A stretch of DNA of 40,327 bases. It comes from a virus. Lineage: Duplodnaviria > Caudoviricetes. Both the position numbers and the translations under genes were made by a program. The notes beneath the pieces are model-generated. The model had not been told where the DNA came from, did no database searches, and saw only the letters and a list, made by a program, of their open reading frames with translations. Location of the stretch: the IMG/VR virus record IMGVR_UViG_3300005077_000042, positions 1 through 40,327 of that record; one strand, 5' to 3'. This document shows positions 11,501 through 20,206 of this stretch, in pieces (the first letter of the stretch is position 1; each line of letters starts with the position of its first letter).

Positions 11501-14500
11501 AGTTGTCTTTTCCAGAGAAAAGATTTCACGAAGAGCAGTACCTCCAAGACTTACAACTTTTTCAATCTTGGCTATAGAATCAATAAGAATATTAACTGTA
11601 CCACCTTCAAAGAGTTTTACCTCCTGTGTAGCAGCCTTGATAAACTTTACGTTTACATCATTTGTAGCATTAATATATTTAGCGATATTAATTGTTTTCT
11701 CTTCGAAGTAACCAGTTTTAAGCATTGCAGTAGTAGCAAGCTGCCCTAAAGCAATCTTAAGCTTAGGAACCATATGAGCAAACTTCTTGTCTACTAGAGA
11801 TAGTTCAAGCATCTTATAGATCTTATTACCTATCTCATCCTGTACTGCACGAAGAGTTACTCCTGCTTCTGCCAGCTCCTCATAAGCACCTTTAGGCATC
11901 TCATCCAATTCAGAAATACCAAGGATCTGCTTTACTACCTCAGGAGTATTAGCAATTGTACTACCACCTCTGGTTCCCATCCACTCAAGCATTACAACAG
12001 AGATTATAGCAACCATTTGTGGGTGAATTCTTCGGTATTGCTTACCGTCTTTTCCAGTTTCAGTTTGCAGAAAAAGATTAGTTAAATCCCAGCTTGCTCT
12101 ATCAACTAAACTACCTTCTGTATTGCCTGCGCTGGGGCTGTAAATATCTGTTATAAAAATATCCTTATCAGTATTTCCGTGCAGAATACATTTCTCACTG
12201 CCATACCAAACCATTAAAGCTTTATAAGCAGTATCCAACCACTTAAACAGTTCAGGGTTCTTATTCAATAAAGCTTTCTGTTCATCATTAAGAATACTCT
12301 TTACATTCTCAGTAAAAGAATTAGAGGTATAAGGCAGTATTTGAAAGATGCTTTTTACAGCTTTCTTCTTGAATTTTACAATTTGAGAAAGCTTTGTAGG
12401 AATAGCTTTTCTCATTTTATCAGTAATACGTTTAGGCTGTTCCTTTACTTTGGGAGCTTTAGTGTTATCCAGTAAAGCTTCTTTCAAAGTAATAACAGTA
12501 TCCTCTACCTCTGTTTCAGGAGTCTCTTCTTCAACAGCTTCTTCTACAGAAGAAGATATTTCTTCTTCGGGAGCAGTTTCTGCTGTTGGCTCAGGAGAAG
12601 TAGTAATGCCCAATGCTTCTGCTAGATCGGTTTTCAAATCCACTGAAGCAAGATTAAGGATAATAATATTGGATTCTGTTTTATCATCCTTTTTCTTACC
12701 TACCTTAGCTATTTTATCATATCTACCTTTGCTGTCATTACTCTCTTCAAACAAGAACTTTATTCCCTTAACAGGCAGACTAGTAGCAAATGCTTTAGCT
12801 GCTTCTACAACCTTCAGTTGCTCAGCAGTCAGTTCAGCAGGAACTTTCTCATCAAATGAAACATAAAACTTTTGTTCAGCAGATCGAGTTTCCTTGTTTG
12901 GATGAGCAGTATTTTCCTTAAAGATATCGAATCCATCTCTCTGAGATGCAGCAGGTTTATTTTCTACTGGCTTTTCAGTAGCAGTTTCTTGGGCTTTTTG
13001 AGCCAATAAAAGCACAGCTATTCTATCAGGATTGGTGTTACTCCAGTTAACCTTTTGATACCCCTTAAGGGCAAAGATTGTTTTATTTCGTGTAACAAAA
13101 TAGTTTTTATCTTTGTAGCGTACTAATGAAGCAAATAAATTAACAGATTCAACATTATCGGGGTGTACACTGATATTGCTTTCTTTTATGGGAGAGTAAA
13201 TTTGAATAGTACGCTCATCAACAAATGAAGTAACAATGTACATTTCATTTTCATATTTTACATACTGCCCTAATTTTAATCCAAAACCTTCGGTTACTTT
13301 GATTGGGTTATCTGCATTAATATTTGCTATTTTAGCAGTATCCCAGGGAAGAACAAAGTATGCTTGTGTATGAGCAATAAGCTTACCAAGACTTAATAAA
13401 TCTAAGTTATCTGGTAATTCAGAAACAATTAAATTTTCCTTTGAAATAAGATCTTTAAGAATATTTCTTATCTTTTCAACTATCTCACTAAGAATTTTCT
13501 CTAAGCTACTACCAAAAGTTCTCTTCTGTTCTTGATAAATATACCGCCCCAGGAAAGTCACAATAGCTTCTTCATAGTAAAAATCTTCTCCAAGAGATGC
13601 TGAAGCAGGATATCTTTTTTTAATTCTTGCTAAAAGGGTTTTTCCTTCTGGATCGCTTTGAATCTCTGCTACAAGCTTTGAGTAAAGTTTACTGCCTTCA
13701 TTTTCCTCTTCCAATCGCAAAGCTCGAATAAGAGGGTGCAATACTATTTCATGGTAAGGAGCACCTGCTTCTGCTGGATAAGCCAGATTAATTGTAATAG
13801 TATTTCCAAAGTTTGAAATAAAAGAATCTCCTCCAATAACATTTGGAGATTTATCATAGAAAAATTTTATTTCATTAGTAAGTATTCTTTTGCCGAGAGC
13901 AATGCAAAGAGCAATAATAGCATTCTCTTTTTTAGAAAGTTCTTCAGGAACATTCTCATCAAATAAAACTGTTGGTTCATTATTTTTTGGATTTGTTATA
14001 TTTCTTGGATCTTTATTGTTTATTTTGATTTTGGGCCTTTTGCTGGGAGTTTCTTGGGTTTTCTGAGCCAATGAAAGCACAGCTATTCTTACAGGATCTG
14101 AAGCTCCTTTATGTACTTCTCTATTGCTTTTTAAGGAAATTATTGCACCCAGATCTGTAACCAAATAATCTGTATCTTTATAAGTTACTTTCTTGGCAAT
14201 ATGTTTAATAGCAAAAAGATTTGAGGGTTTAACAGAAAGCTTCTTATTATTATTTTCCTCCAGGGGAGAATAAATCTGTATGAGTCCATTATCCAAAAAT
14301 TTGGTAATAATATAATATTTCTTATTATATTTTACAAATCTCCCCACTTCGAATTGTTGAGAAGCTTCTGAACGAACAGCTTCTCCTTCTGGTCTTGTAG
14401 AGACTGCATCAAAAGAAGTATTTGAATCGAATACAAAAACACCTTTAGAGAAAGCAAGTACTGTAGCTAAATCTCTGATGGTTATATCGGGAGAAAGAGA

Positions 14501-17500
14501 TGATACTTCAATCTTATCCTGCTTTAATAAATTAAATATATAATCAGTAATAAAATTATATAGTTTCTTTATTTCATCAATCAAACGATTAAGAGCAGAG
14601 GAGTCTCCTTTAAATACTTTATGTAATTTATCAATCTTCTGGGCTGTATATAAGCCAAGCAAACGAACAATAGCTTCTTCTTTCTGGAATTCTAAACCAT
14701 ACTCAATTACAGTATTGTGGTTTTCAATTACATGCTGAAGGATCTGTTTTCCTACAGGCGTATCCAACTCTTTCAATAGACTGTCATATAAAGGATGCTG
14801 TGTGTTCTTTAAATACCGAACGATAGGATGAGCCAGTATTTCATGTACCGGAGTATCCAATCTAGCCCGATTAAGGTTGATAACCACAGAAGTCCCATCA
14901 GGAGACATTTGAACAGATCCCGATGCTGGAGTATTCTCCTCTGTAAAAGTAATATTCTTAAGTTTTATTTTCTTAGCAAGATAATTAGCTAATACTTTAA
15001 TAGTGTTTTTATTGCTTGCAATTTCTTCTGCTGAGATTGGTTCATCAGAGAAAATTTCTTTAAGCACGTTTTTATCGATATCAAACTCAGCTTTTTCTTC
15101 TTCCAGAATTTCCTGCTCTTCAAGAATGGATTTTTCATCGTTTAACGGGCCTACAGACGTTTTTTCTGGCTCGCCCATACCCGAGGTATCCCCCTCTTCT
15201 CGGGAAGACGATAAGGGTGTCTCATTCGACGCAGGAACGGTATTCTCAATTTGAGTACTTTCTGTTGATACAGTTCCTGATTTTCTATTTGAAAGTATTT
15301 CTTTAGCTAACCTGATCTCAGTTTCAATAGCTCCAATTAATCTAAAGTGCTTAGGAGGTATTCCTTTAAGTTTGTTTTGTTGGTGTTTTATAAAATTTAT
15401 TAAAGAAGTATTAGATCTTTCATTTAAAGAAGTAGTAAGTTCAGAGTGGATTTCTGAAATCCGATCAACAGAATCAAGAAGACCCCTTCCTTTTTGTTTA
15501 ATAGGTGCTTCAGCAAAAGCTTCAATAATGCCGGGAGTCTCTTGGATTACTTCATCAAGCTCTTTTTGTAATGTTGCTCTTTCAGTTTTTAATTCTTCAG
15601 CCTTTTTTAATCCTTCTTGTTTTCTTTGTTGCATAGTCTTTAATCCACCTGCACCAAATCTGGGATCAAGAGCTTGCCCAATTAAATCATTTAAATAAGC
15701 GATCTGCATTTTGTACCATCTGTACATAGCAATAGCAGCTTTCTTCTCTTCAGCAGATAAACTACTAATAGGTACAGGTTCTTTTTTGGTTTCAGATTTT
15801 TCTGTTGGTTTAACTTCAGCTTTTTCTTCTACTTGTGGAGTTGTATCTTCAGGTTTACCTTCAGCTGCTTTAGTATAAGTACGTTTATCTCCTTTACGAA
15901 TTTTAGAATACATTTCTTCAGGGGTTTTTCCGTACTTTTTAAATATCATTTTATCATACTTATCCCTTGCTTCAATAAGAGCTTTAGGAGTTTTGCTTGG
16001 ATCGTACACAGCAAAGGCATCTACATCAGGAATAAACTGCTCTTCAAACTTGGTTTCATAAATGTTTATGAAATGCTCCATGAGTTGGCGTATACGTTCA
16101 GCTTCTTCATCCACTCTAGCTATGGTTTTAGGGGAGAATACTAATCTCCTATCCAAGTCAGGCTTAGAAGAATGCCAGTAATACCAAGCCATCAAATCAT
16201 TTGTCAGTTTATGGAAAGCGCTTTCAGGAGCGTTCTGCCTTTGCAGAACATCCATCTCTTTCTTGTAGGTGGTAGTACCTCTAGAAAATTTATCTTTACC
16301 ACCTCCGAATTCTACCTGGGAACCAACCTCTTCGATAGTATTGGCTTTGATGTAGGAATTAATAAGATTCTTTGTTTTATCATCTGTAACAGAAGATGTG
16401 TGTTTAGCCAGTTGGGTAAGCTTATCTACATTAAGTTTATCTCCTCTAACGATAGCAGTAGATACTTCTTCGATATCAGCTGGTTTTATGGATTGTGGAT
16501 CTGAACCAAGAATAGAATCTATCTTGGTTTCAGTTTCTGCTGAAGTCTTCTGTACAGCTTTTTCAGTAATCCCAAGGAATGCATCTGATTTACGTTTTAG
16601 TTCTTCCTTATAGCTATTAAGAGATTTAGTTAAAGCTATCTTCTTGCCTTTGGATGGTTCATTCTCAACCTGCTGCTCAAAGCTTTGGATAGCAGATTCC
16701 ATTTCCTGAAGTAGCTTGGAAGATTCTTCAGGAGTAGTTTTACGATTAAGCTTTTCTTTTATACCCAGAATAACTGTTTCAGGATTGTTCTCTGCTTTAC
16801 CCCGTTCAATACGTTTATCAGCAGATTCTATCACTTTATTTAAGCCGGGTATCTTCTCTGCTACCTGCTTTGTTTTAGACGCTAAAGATGTAATGTTAAC
16901 ATTACTGATATCTTGCAGTACTTTGAGGGTATCAGGTTCTATTACTTCTTTTAATCCAGCCTGATCCAACACACGAAGTACATTAGCTGCATCTTTGGGA
17001 GTAGTTTCTCCAGGGTTATTTAGAATATGAGCTATTGCTGGTTTAAGTTTTTCTACAACTTTATCCAGCGGTACTCCTTTTGCTTGTTCAGGGGATAAAG
17101 CATTTATTACATCGAATCCATCAACAAACTTATTAATGGTTTGTACTGCTGCAATATCTCCCTTAATATTCTTTACTCCTTTACCTGCAGTAGTCTGCAT
17201 GAATGGATCAAGGATAGAATCCAACTTGGAACCAATCTCGTAACCTTTGTTTGCTTCTGCGGGTGCATTAGCTATACGTACTGCCCCTGTAGGAGCAGAC
17301 ATAATACCGCCTGTAGCAGCACCTATCTGTCCTTCCAGCATAACTTGTTTTGGATCTATCTTTGATAAATCCTGTTTTATAGCATACTGGTCTGCAGCAG
17401 ACTGGAAGGCTTCAGTACTTCCTTCCACTACTAGAGCATCTGTTACTACTCCTACTGGTTTTAATAAAGCTTGTGCTGTCTTTGCAAAAGTAGCAGAAGG

Positions 17501-18700
17501 TAATTTTAATCCAGCTTTAGAAGCAATTGTTGCTAAAGATTTTAAAGCTCCAGAACCACCTTTGATTGCTTGAGCACCAAGCATATCAGCAGCTGCACTT
17601 AATACAGATACTGATGCTATAACAGCTTGTTCCTGTCTGCTAGGCATTCTGCCATGCTCTTTCTCAAATTCATTAAGAGCTGTTCTCTGGAGATCTGTAG
17701 AGACAGCAGCTAAGGCAGGTATAGGAGCTACCATGAATGCAACTGTGTGTGCAGAGGAATCAGCAAAGTACTGTAATGCAGCATTTGGATGATCCTTCAT
17801 CAAGGTAACAATACCTCCAAGATATGTTCCTATAGCAGGTACAATATCGCCTTGTTCAGCTTGCTTAATAGCTTTGTCATTAATCGAATTAAGCTTATAG
17901 TTAGCAATATCTTTTGAGTATGTATTAACTAGCTTAGATAACTCCTCTTTGGTTTTATCAGCCTCGGATAAGTGAGACTCAAGCTTGGTAGCTGCCCACT
18001 TAATCGGAGCATATTGTGCAGGTGTAAAAGAATCTTTGAGTTGTTGCTCTTCAGGAGTGAGTTGTTGTTTGGATAACTCATTGGTTGCAGAATTAAGTTG
18101 TGCATAGGCTTTAAGATTTCCAGCAGCTTTTTCAAGTTCCAGGCGTTGGATTTCCTGTTGTAATTTACTTTGTGCAAGGAGTTTCTTTTCTATGTTGCGC
18201 ACAGCAGCATAAGTCTCAGGACCAGCATCAAATTTTATTTTTGATTGGATTGCAGCTAATGGAGCATTTAAAACATTTAATCCAAAGTTTACTGCTCCAG
18301 TGCCTGCACCTAAAGCCAGGTTAGCTATCTGCCCAGGCGTATTCCCGTAGGAAGCAAGTGCGTTCTCTCTGTTTCTCTGAGAGGATTCACGCTGCATTTG
18401 ATCAAAGCTTGCAGCTTCTTCATAGCGTTGTATGAACTGGTTCTCAGGTTCTGTCAAGGAAGGAATAACTTCTTTATTCTTTGTTTTACTATCTACAGTA
18501 GCTAAAAGTTTAAGCTTTTTTTCAAGCAGTATTCTATACTGCTCTTCCATTTTAGCTTGTGCTTTCTCAGCAGCAGTTTGTACCCGCAAGGAAGGTACAT
18601 TTGTAAACTGCAATGGAGTAGGCAGATTGGTGAATCCAATCTGAGGCTGGAGAGAAGTAAACCCTCCATCCTCAGGAATGTTAGTGATATCTGTAGACAT
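5516..18700 (-). CDS. virion-encapsidated single-subunit RNA polymerase (N4 gp50-like vRNAP), enlarged
   Basis: 4394 aa. Polymerase motifs KSGRIG, motif A EIDGKTNG (~10697-10720), motif B RKFVKEGVIPKNFG (10334-10375) and motif C NIHDAS (~9564-9578). C-terminal HELVH..EFVAYGLTN, VRAELLDLMFGYRKAS and QYGDF..RYAL..E.FVNYD blocks are typical of N4-like vRNAPs. Synteny. Confidence 0.95.
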   Translation of the reverse strand: MSTDITNIPEDGGFTSLQPQIGFTNLPTPLQFTNVPSLRVQTAAEKAQAKMEEQYRILLEKKLKLLATVDSKTKNKEVIPSLTEPENQFIQRYEEAASFDQMQRESSQRNRENALASYGNTPGQIANLALGAGTGAVNFGLNVLNAPLAAIQSKIKFDAGPETYAAVRNIEKKLLAQSKLQQEIQRLELEKAAGNLKAYAQLNSATNELSKQQLTPEEQQLKDSFTPAQYAPIKWAATKLESHLSEADKTKEELSKLVNTYSKDIANYKLNSINDKAIKQAEQGDIVPAIGTYLGGIVTLMKDHPNAALQYFADSSAHTVAFMVAPIPALAAVSTDLQRTALNEFEKEHGRMPSRQEQAVIASVSVLSAAADMLGAQAIKGGSGALKSLATIASKAGLKLPSATFAKTAQALLKPVGVVTDALVVEGSTEAFQSAADQYAIKQDLSKIDPKQVMLEGQIGAATGGIMSAPTGAVRIANAPAEANKGYEIGSKLDSILDPFMQTTAGKGVKNIKGDIAAVQTINKFVDGFDVINALSPEQAKGVPLDKVVEKLKPAIAHILNNPGETTPKDAANVLRVLDQAGLKEVIEPDTLKVLQDISNVNITSLASKTKQVAEKIPGLNKVIESADKRIERGKAENNPETVILGIKEKLNRKTTPEESSKLLQEMESAIQSFEQQVENEPSKGKKIALTKSLNSYKEELKRKSDAFLGITEKAVQKTSAETETKIDSILGSDPQSIKPADIEEVSTAIVRGDKLNVDKLTQLAKHTSSVTDDKTKNLINSYIKANTIEEVGSQVEFGGGKDKFSRGTTTYKKEMDVLQRQNAPESAFHKLTNDLMAWYYWHSSKPDLDRRLVFSPKTIARVDEEAERIRQLMEHFINIYETKFEEQFIPDVDAFAVYDPSKTPKALIEARDKYDKMIFKKYGKTPEEMYSKIRKGDKRTYTKAAEGKPEDTTPQVEEKAEVKPTEKSETKKEPVPISSLSAEEKKAAIAMYRWYKMQIAYLNDLIGQALDPRFGAGGLKTMQQRKQEGLKKAEELKTERATLQKELDEVIQETPGIIEAFAEAPIKQKGRGLLDSVDRISEIHSELTTSLNERSNTSLINFIKHQQNKLKGIPPKHFRLIGAIETEIRLAKEILSNRKSGTVSTESTQIENTVPASNETPLSSSREEGDTSGMGEPEKTSVGPLNDEKSILEEQEILEEEKAEFDIDKNVLKEIFSDEPISAEEIASNKNTIKVLANYLAKKIKLKNITFTEENTPASGSVQMSPDGTSVVINLNRARLDTPVHEILAHPIVRYLKNTQHPLYDSLLKELDTPVGKQILQHVIENHNTVIEYGLEFQKEEAIVRLLGLYTAQKIDKLHKVFKGDSSALNRLIDEIKKLYNFITDYIFNLLKQDKIEVSSLSPDITIRDLATVLAFSKGVFVFDSNTSFDAVSTRPEGEAVRSEASQQFEVGRFVKYNKKYYIITKFLDNGLIQIYSPLEENNNKKLSVKPSNLFAIKHIAKKVTYKDTDYLVTDLGAIISLKSNREVHKGASDPVRIAVLSLAQKTQETPSKRPKIKINNKDPRNITNPKNNEPTVLFDENVPEELSKKENAIIALCIALGKRILTNEIKFFYDKSPNVIGGDSFISNFGNTITINLAYPAEAGAPYHEIVLHPLIRALRLEEENEGSKLYSKLVAEIQSDPEGKTLLARIKKRYPASASLGEDFYYEEAIVTFLGRYIYQEQKRTFGSSLEKILSEIVEKIRNILKDLISKENLIVSELPDNLDLLSLGKLIAHTQAYFVLPWDTAKIANINADNPIKVTEGFGLKLGQYVKYENEMYIVTSFVDERTIQIYSPIKESNISVHPDNVESVNLFASLVRYKDKNYFVTRNKTIFALKGYQKVNWSNTNPDRIAVLLLAQKAQETATEKPVENKPAASQRDGFDIFKENTAHPNKETRSAEQKFYVSFDEKVPAELTAEQLKVVEAAKAFATSLPVKGIKFLFEESNDSKGRYDKIAKVGKKKDDKTESNIIILNLASVDLKTDLAEALGITTSPEPTAETAPEEEISSSVEEAVEEETPETEVEDTVITLKEALLDNTKAPKVKEQPKRITDKMRKAIPTKLSQIVKFKKKAVKSIFQILPYTSNSFTENVKSILNDEQKALLNKNPELFKWLDTAYKALMVWYGSEKCILHGNTDKDIFITDIYSPSAGNTEGSLVDRASWDLTNLFLQTETGKDGKQYRRIHPQMVAIISVVMLEWMGTRGGSTIANTPEVVKQILGISELDEMPKGAYEELAEAGVTLRAVQDEIGNKIYKMLELSLVDKKFAHMVPKLKIALGQLATTAMLKTGYFEEKTINIAKYINATNDVNVKFIKAATQEVKLFEGGTVNILIDSIAKIEKVVSLGGTALREIFSLEKTTEGVSFEKPQKPKRRKVKNSTQFVSDEVNDILSKHESRAWTTNTSAGQVFPSIDLDIILAIGGFADPTNKHVDKAKAIKSKNNILHKQYRDLMDLLESLKENPDQDLFFTSEQWKSGRIGLKSNTVNMLHHKMHRMVLSDKAWIVNVDFSDPEMKRKFLVGIGQALDIKISKIKDIETIIAKVEEEFKNPMLVETIRVLQQLQKGNKEVDQKIILEAVEKYGEGYASLKGLIELTKAVNEVKEGDTSLTLTDKPFTTDLTVEIDGKTNGIAFSIMQAAINENGIFDESVISLLNACGVLTGGQRSFAEWYDNPESLDIYEMVAKKAAESLSELTSVKLNAETEVEAKPYLAALSLFINDFAERDAEGNITKVTSFGRKFVKEGVIPKNFGAGVKSIQTAIYNAILDNIKDAVAECHVGNNVTPERIAEIENAITVLMSKPGSKFKFKIDRNNALKFQIEDVYDKKEYKQYASKRLKTVINGTYGEAITGSMNSLFGGLDTYKLAMDRATSLMFEAFNLIYKEEESKLKQKIFEETEIERDLSSEEKYEILASLEAIHPSFRGYFSKDKSTWISVLDTTRTANYETDRQQQVYNQKVGNSKSTVSTPTGMVFTEPGGKATLFDIHNKDVVVQLLVMFSQHILNIHDASVGSFMDIETRGNLHNAAFLKVNTEHHGLSVINNRLNDIIRWIKKRDEKQPLEGSVSRLDVLNTQLKNNKPFLTHNKVDPDEEGSIVEILLAQIRNVQISSVSARQQMLEAITGIDQYPIPGGVMLLNAAAPETKTEVTEQQEAAKLIDEVTKSLEKEKDTLGSEASATLDADFSNSIINDINPISLFEIFEDLHKLGNKQENTEHRSRLLSVLNGIVNKILRPHNEVTVSFAEGNRNAGITVNDKDIFISTAPTNPAFPSVTGKSAQEVYVHELVHTVAHTLLDKNFSIKRQVVKLYDLAKSKIKPEDLIIPIQPTGDPAIDAALQEEAKKEAQEIWDYIFNSTGNGLYEFVAYGLTNEAFIKALQKISVRKSEDKSKNIFEKLTYYWNALLDYISNRFYKIQGKGADEALFTLISKIQQTKDVKASWVQTHFHEKDLDALAVSKIKKWVFKPLEAFYYKHGAERGNKLVAVLGMPIGLFRLAQREEMIALFHQFRRRIGLVETSFWMKLAREIVTGERKVDEKWHTLHRKAKKVIDQARKHEAYITEQYVMDNMLSSVLKGSEENRKVLHRIVCDTDLQAIFDKYSKDELIAMLGSEVEIDKEIDKRVAYLKSITKSQLVDYYNSQANGLGYFMVTGEVVVSGLNLNANNIARRFGTSFSTDKVSLRTIQTIDQLASLYALKYSKNTDKLKMIELINAEYAADSKKNGITESVYIHRWLNEESKKKLFENNEALMQKGYTAKITNPRVHIKIGSLDEKEQLEKEGYTLLSDKPLKTLGTIPSTSKVYLFVTRDATLRERIRTIASITSESNMGTTLQDIYYSAGYNPHSSSLSDEMDLMRDLNKNYWKNPPVVGDLRNVKEKYALPLVNNKGNIVDFRFVLSYKVRRDILEQDERIEKTLGMTNSSIVDKSASRSINEEMIDLAKEDYDQHYTGDHEFITISADTADGDQYKEIYKLLPKATKEYMKQVWGEKKMHVRAELLDLMFGYRKASIVNAKVFGVEIGQITNNFLLNMNNLLLKNFPKIHYKGNVPLRAAENIIQDFVKIIKDLIVVKSVNVLLGNLASNFVLLYIKGVPPSDIVKYQREAYSALDSYYKDWEKQGMLERQIATFKGTTSQRNKLKNEIAELQKRMDTNPVASLLEEGMFQSIIEDIEVDSNIYNTGSKIANFVDQKIAQKLPVPMLKAAKYAWISRDTALYQFLYKMTQYGDFIGRYALWKHRISEVERENLKPVDARYKERMQDILNEVVETFVNYDTPTSPEMQYMNDIGFMMFTKFLFRIQKVVYKTVTERPASTLSFLMLRSLSGVDVPTISDSTLLAGIINRIKLIGYLFGYGASVPITHVEIGF
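12640..15060 (-). repeat. intragenic tandem duplication in vRNAP (period ~355 aa; two full copies plus a truncated third)
   Basis: Repeated HEILAHP/HEIVLHP, EEAIVRLLG/EEAIVTFLG, VKY..Y..T.F..IQIYSP and RIAVL.LAQK.QET. DNA 14048-14089 vs 12983-13024 matches 39/42 nt at offset 1065. Confidence 0.85.
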
Positions 18701-18725
18701 ATATTACTCGAATAAAGGCTTTAGA

Positions 18726-20195
18726 TTAGTATGCAGCACCAGGAACCATAGACATCCAGCCAGCATCTACCTCAATTGGTTTAGAAGGGGGAGTACTCCC
18801 AGGAGGATTAATAATAATTCCTCCCTGAGGAGGAGTTCTGTTATGTGCTCTATCTTGTAAGTTCTTTAAAAATTCATCAAGCTTATCTGGGGAATTTAGA
18901 GTATCTGGATTAAACCAAAATATATCAAGTCCTTCACCGGGGCGTATTGTTGCTTCAAGCATTTTAGCTATTGCAGGTAATCCACCATTATCTGTAATAA
19001 TCTTTTTAATCTCTAGATCATCTGATAGAGCAGCAGCTTTAATGCGAACTAGCATTGCTTGGGTTTTTTGCTTTTCAGGGCCATCCTTCATAAGATTAGC
19101 TAAATCTGTTGCAGCACCCAAATCTTTGTTTACTTGGGTTTCTCTTACCTTTAAGTTAGTATCTTCTAACGATTTCTGTTGAACATTTAAACGATTCTGC
19201 TCAGTACGATAGTTTTCTATCGATTGCATTGGATTTTTATATCCAAGGTTTTCAAGGCTTTTAGCTAACTTTTGTACATCCTTTTCTCCAGCATCAATTA
19301 ATTTTTTAACATTAATGTATTCATTATCCTTAAGAACTTTTTCACGAGCATCTTCAATAATTTTTTTATAAGTAACAGCATCAGCATCCAATTTTATATT
19401 ACTATTAGTAGCTTCTTGGCGTAATTTTTTAATCTCTGCATTTGCCAGCTCAGTCATGCTGCCTGTAATACCTTCTTGAACTTTTCGTTTACGCTCAGTT
19501 TCATTCTGGGATTCAAGGAGTTTTAATTCAGCTTCAGCTTTATTAGCTTCTATCTGTTTAGGGGATAATTTTTCAGCAGTCTTAAGAGTAGCTTCATCTT
19601 CTGTAAGCTTTAGTCTATCTTGCCCTGTTTTCAATTTTTCCTGCTCTCTTTGAAGAGCAGCTTTTTCTGCATTTTGCTGAATAATAGCAGGAAGATTTCC
19701 TGATTTATCTGTATTAGCAGCTTCTCTAAGCTGTCTTTCAGTGGTTTTTTCTTTTCTGGAAAGCTTTCCTTCTTCAAAACTTTCCAGCTTAGTAGCTTCT
19801 TCTTCTGCCAAGATTTTGCCTAAAAGCTTATCTGTTAATGCTGCTTTGCCATACTTCTCTTTGTATGAGAAATCATCTAAAGCTTGCTGTTTTAATGCAT
19901 CAGATCTGGCTTTTAATCCTTCAGCAACTGCTGTTGGGTTAAGGTATTGTTGTCCTTCTGCCCCAAGATTGGCATAAACAGTTTTTACTTTTTCCAGTTC
20001 TTCAGGAGTTTGAGCTGCAAGTAAATTAGCTTTTAGAACATCTTCTGCTCCTTTAGCTCTTCGGTTATGCTCTTCCTGCAGCAAGCCGGATATGCTCTTT
20101 GCTGCAGTACCAAACATGTTACCAGCTCTCATGAAGGTATCCACTGCTCCTGTCCCAGGGGCAGCTATATTATTCCATTGTAAAGGTCCAGGCAT
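18726..20195 (-). CDS. virion/ejection protein, N4 gp51-like
   Basis: 489 aa, alpha-helical/coiled-coil composition. N-terminal LQWNNI resembles the ITWRNV-type start of gp51-like proteins. Directly upstream of the vRNAP. Confidence 0.6.
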   Translation of the reverse strand: MPGPLQWNNIAAPGTGAVDTFMRAGNMFGTAAKSISGLLQEEHNRRAKGAEDVLKANLLAAQTPEELEKVKTVYANLGAEGQQYLNPTAVAEGLKARSDALKQQALDDFSYKEKYGKAALTDKLLGKILAEEEATKLESFEEGKLSRKEKTTERQLREAANTDKSGNLPAIIQQNAEKAALQREQEKLKTGQDRLKLTEDEATLKTAEKLSPKQIEANKAEAELKLLESQNETERKRKVQEGITGSMTELANAEIKKLRQEATNSNIKLDADAVTYKKIIEDAREKVLKDNEYINVKKLIDAGEKDVQKLAKSLENLGYKNPMQSIENYRTEQNRLNVQQKSLEDTNLKVRETQVNKDLGAATDLANLMKDGPEKQKTQAMLVRIKAAALSDDLEIKKIITDNGGLPAIAKMLEATIRPGEGLDIFWFNPDTLNSPDKLDEFLKNLQDRAHNRTPPQGGIIINPPGSTPPSKPIEVDAGWMSMVPGAAY

Positions 20196-20206
20196 AGCTT
20201 ATCTCC

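Noticed and set aside
5516-18700. Intein or stop-codon recoding as the cause of the oversized vRNAP
   Set aside because: No intein C/S..HN-C/S/T termini or LAGLIDADG motifs were recognised, and genes read normally in the standard code. The extra length is accounted for by the tandem modules.
18789-18827. GGGAGTACTCCC palindrome and GGAGGA/TCCTCC inverted repeat
   Set aside because: Explained by adjacent Pro and Gly codons in the PPQGGIIINPPGSTPP tail. No U-tract.
5717-18860. Many 60-140 aa + strand ORFs antisense to the vRNAP (and similar ones opposite other late genes)
   Set aside because: Shadow ORFs from codon bias of the sense gene: Ser/Phe/Ile-rich, with no SD or motifs.
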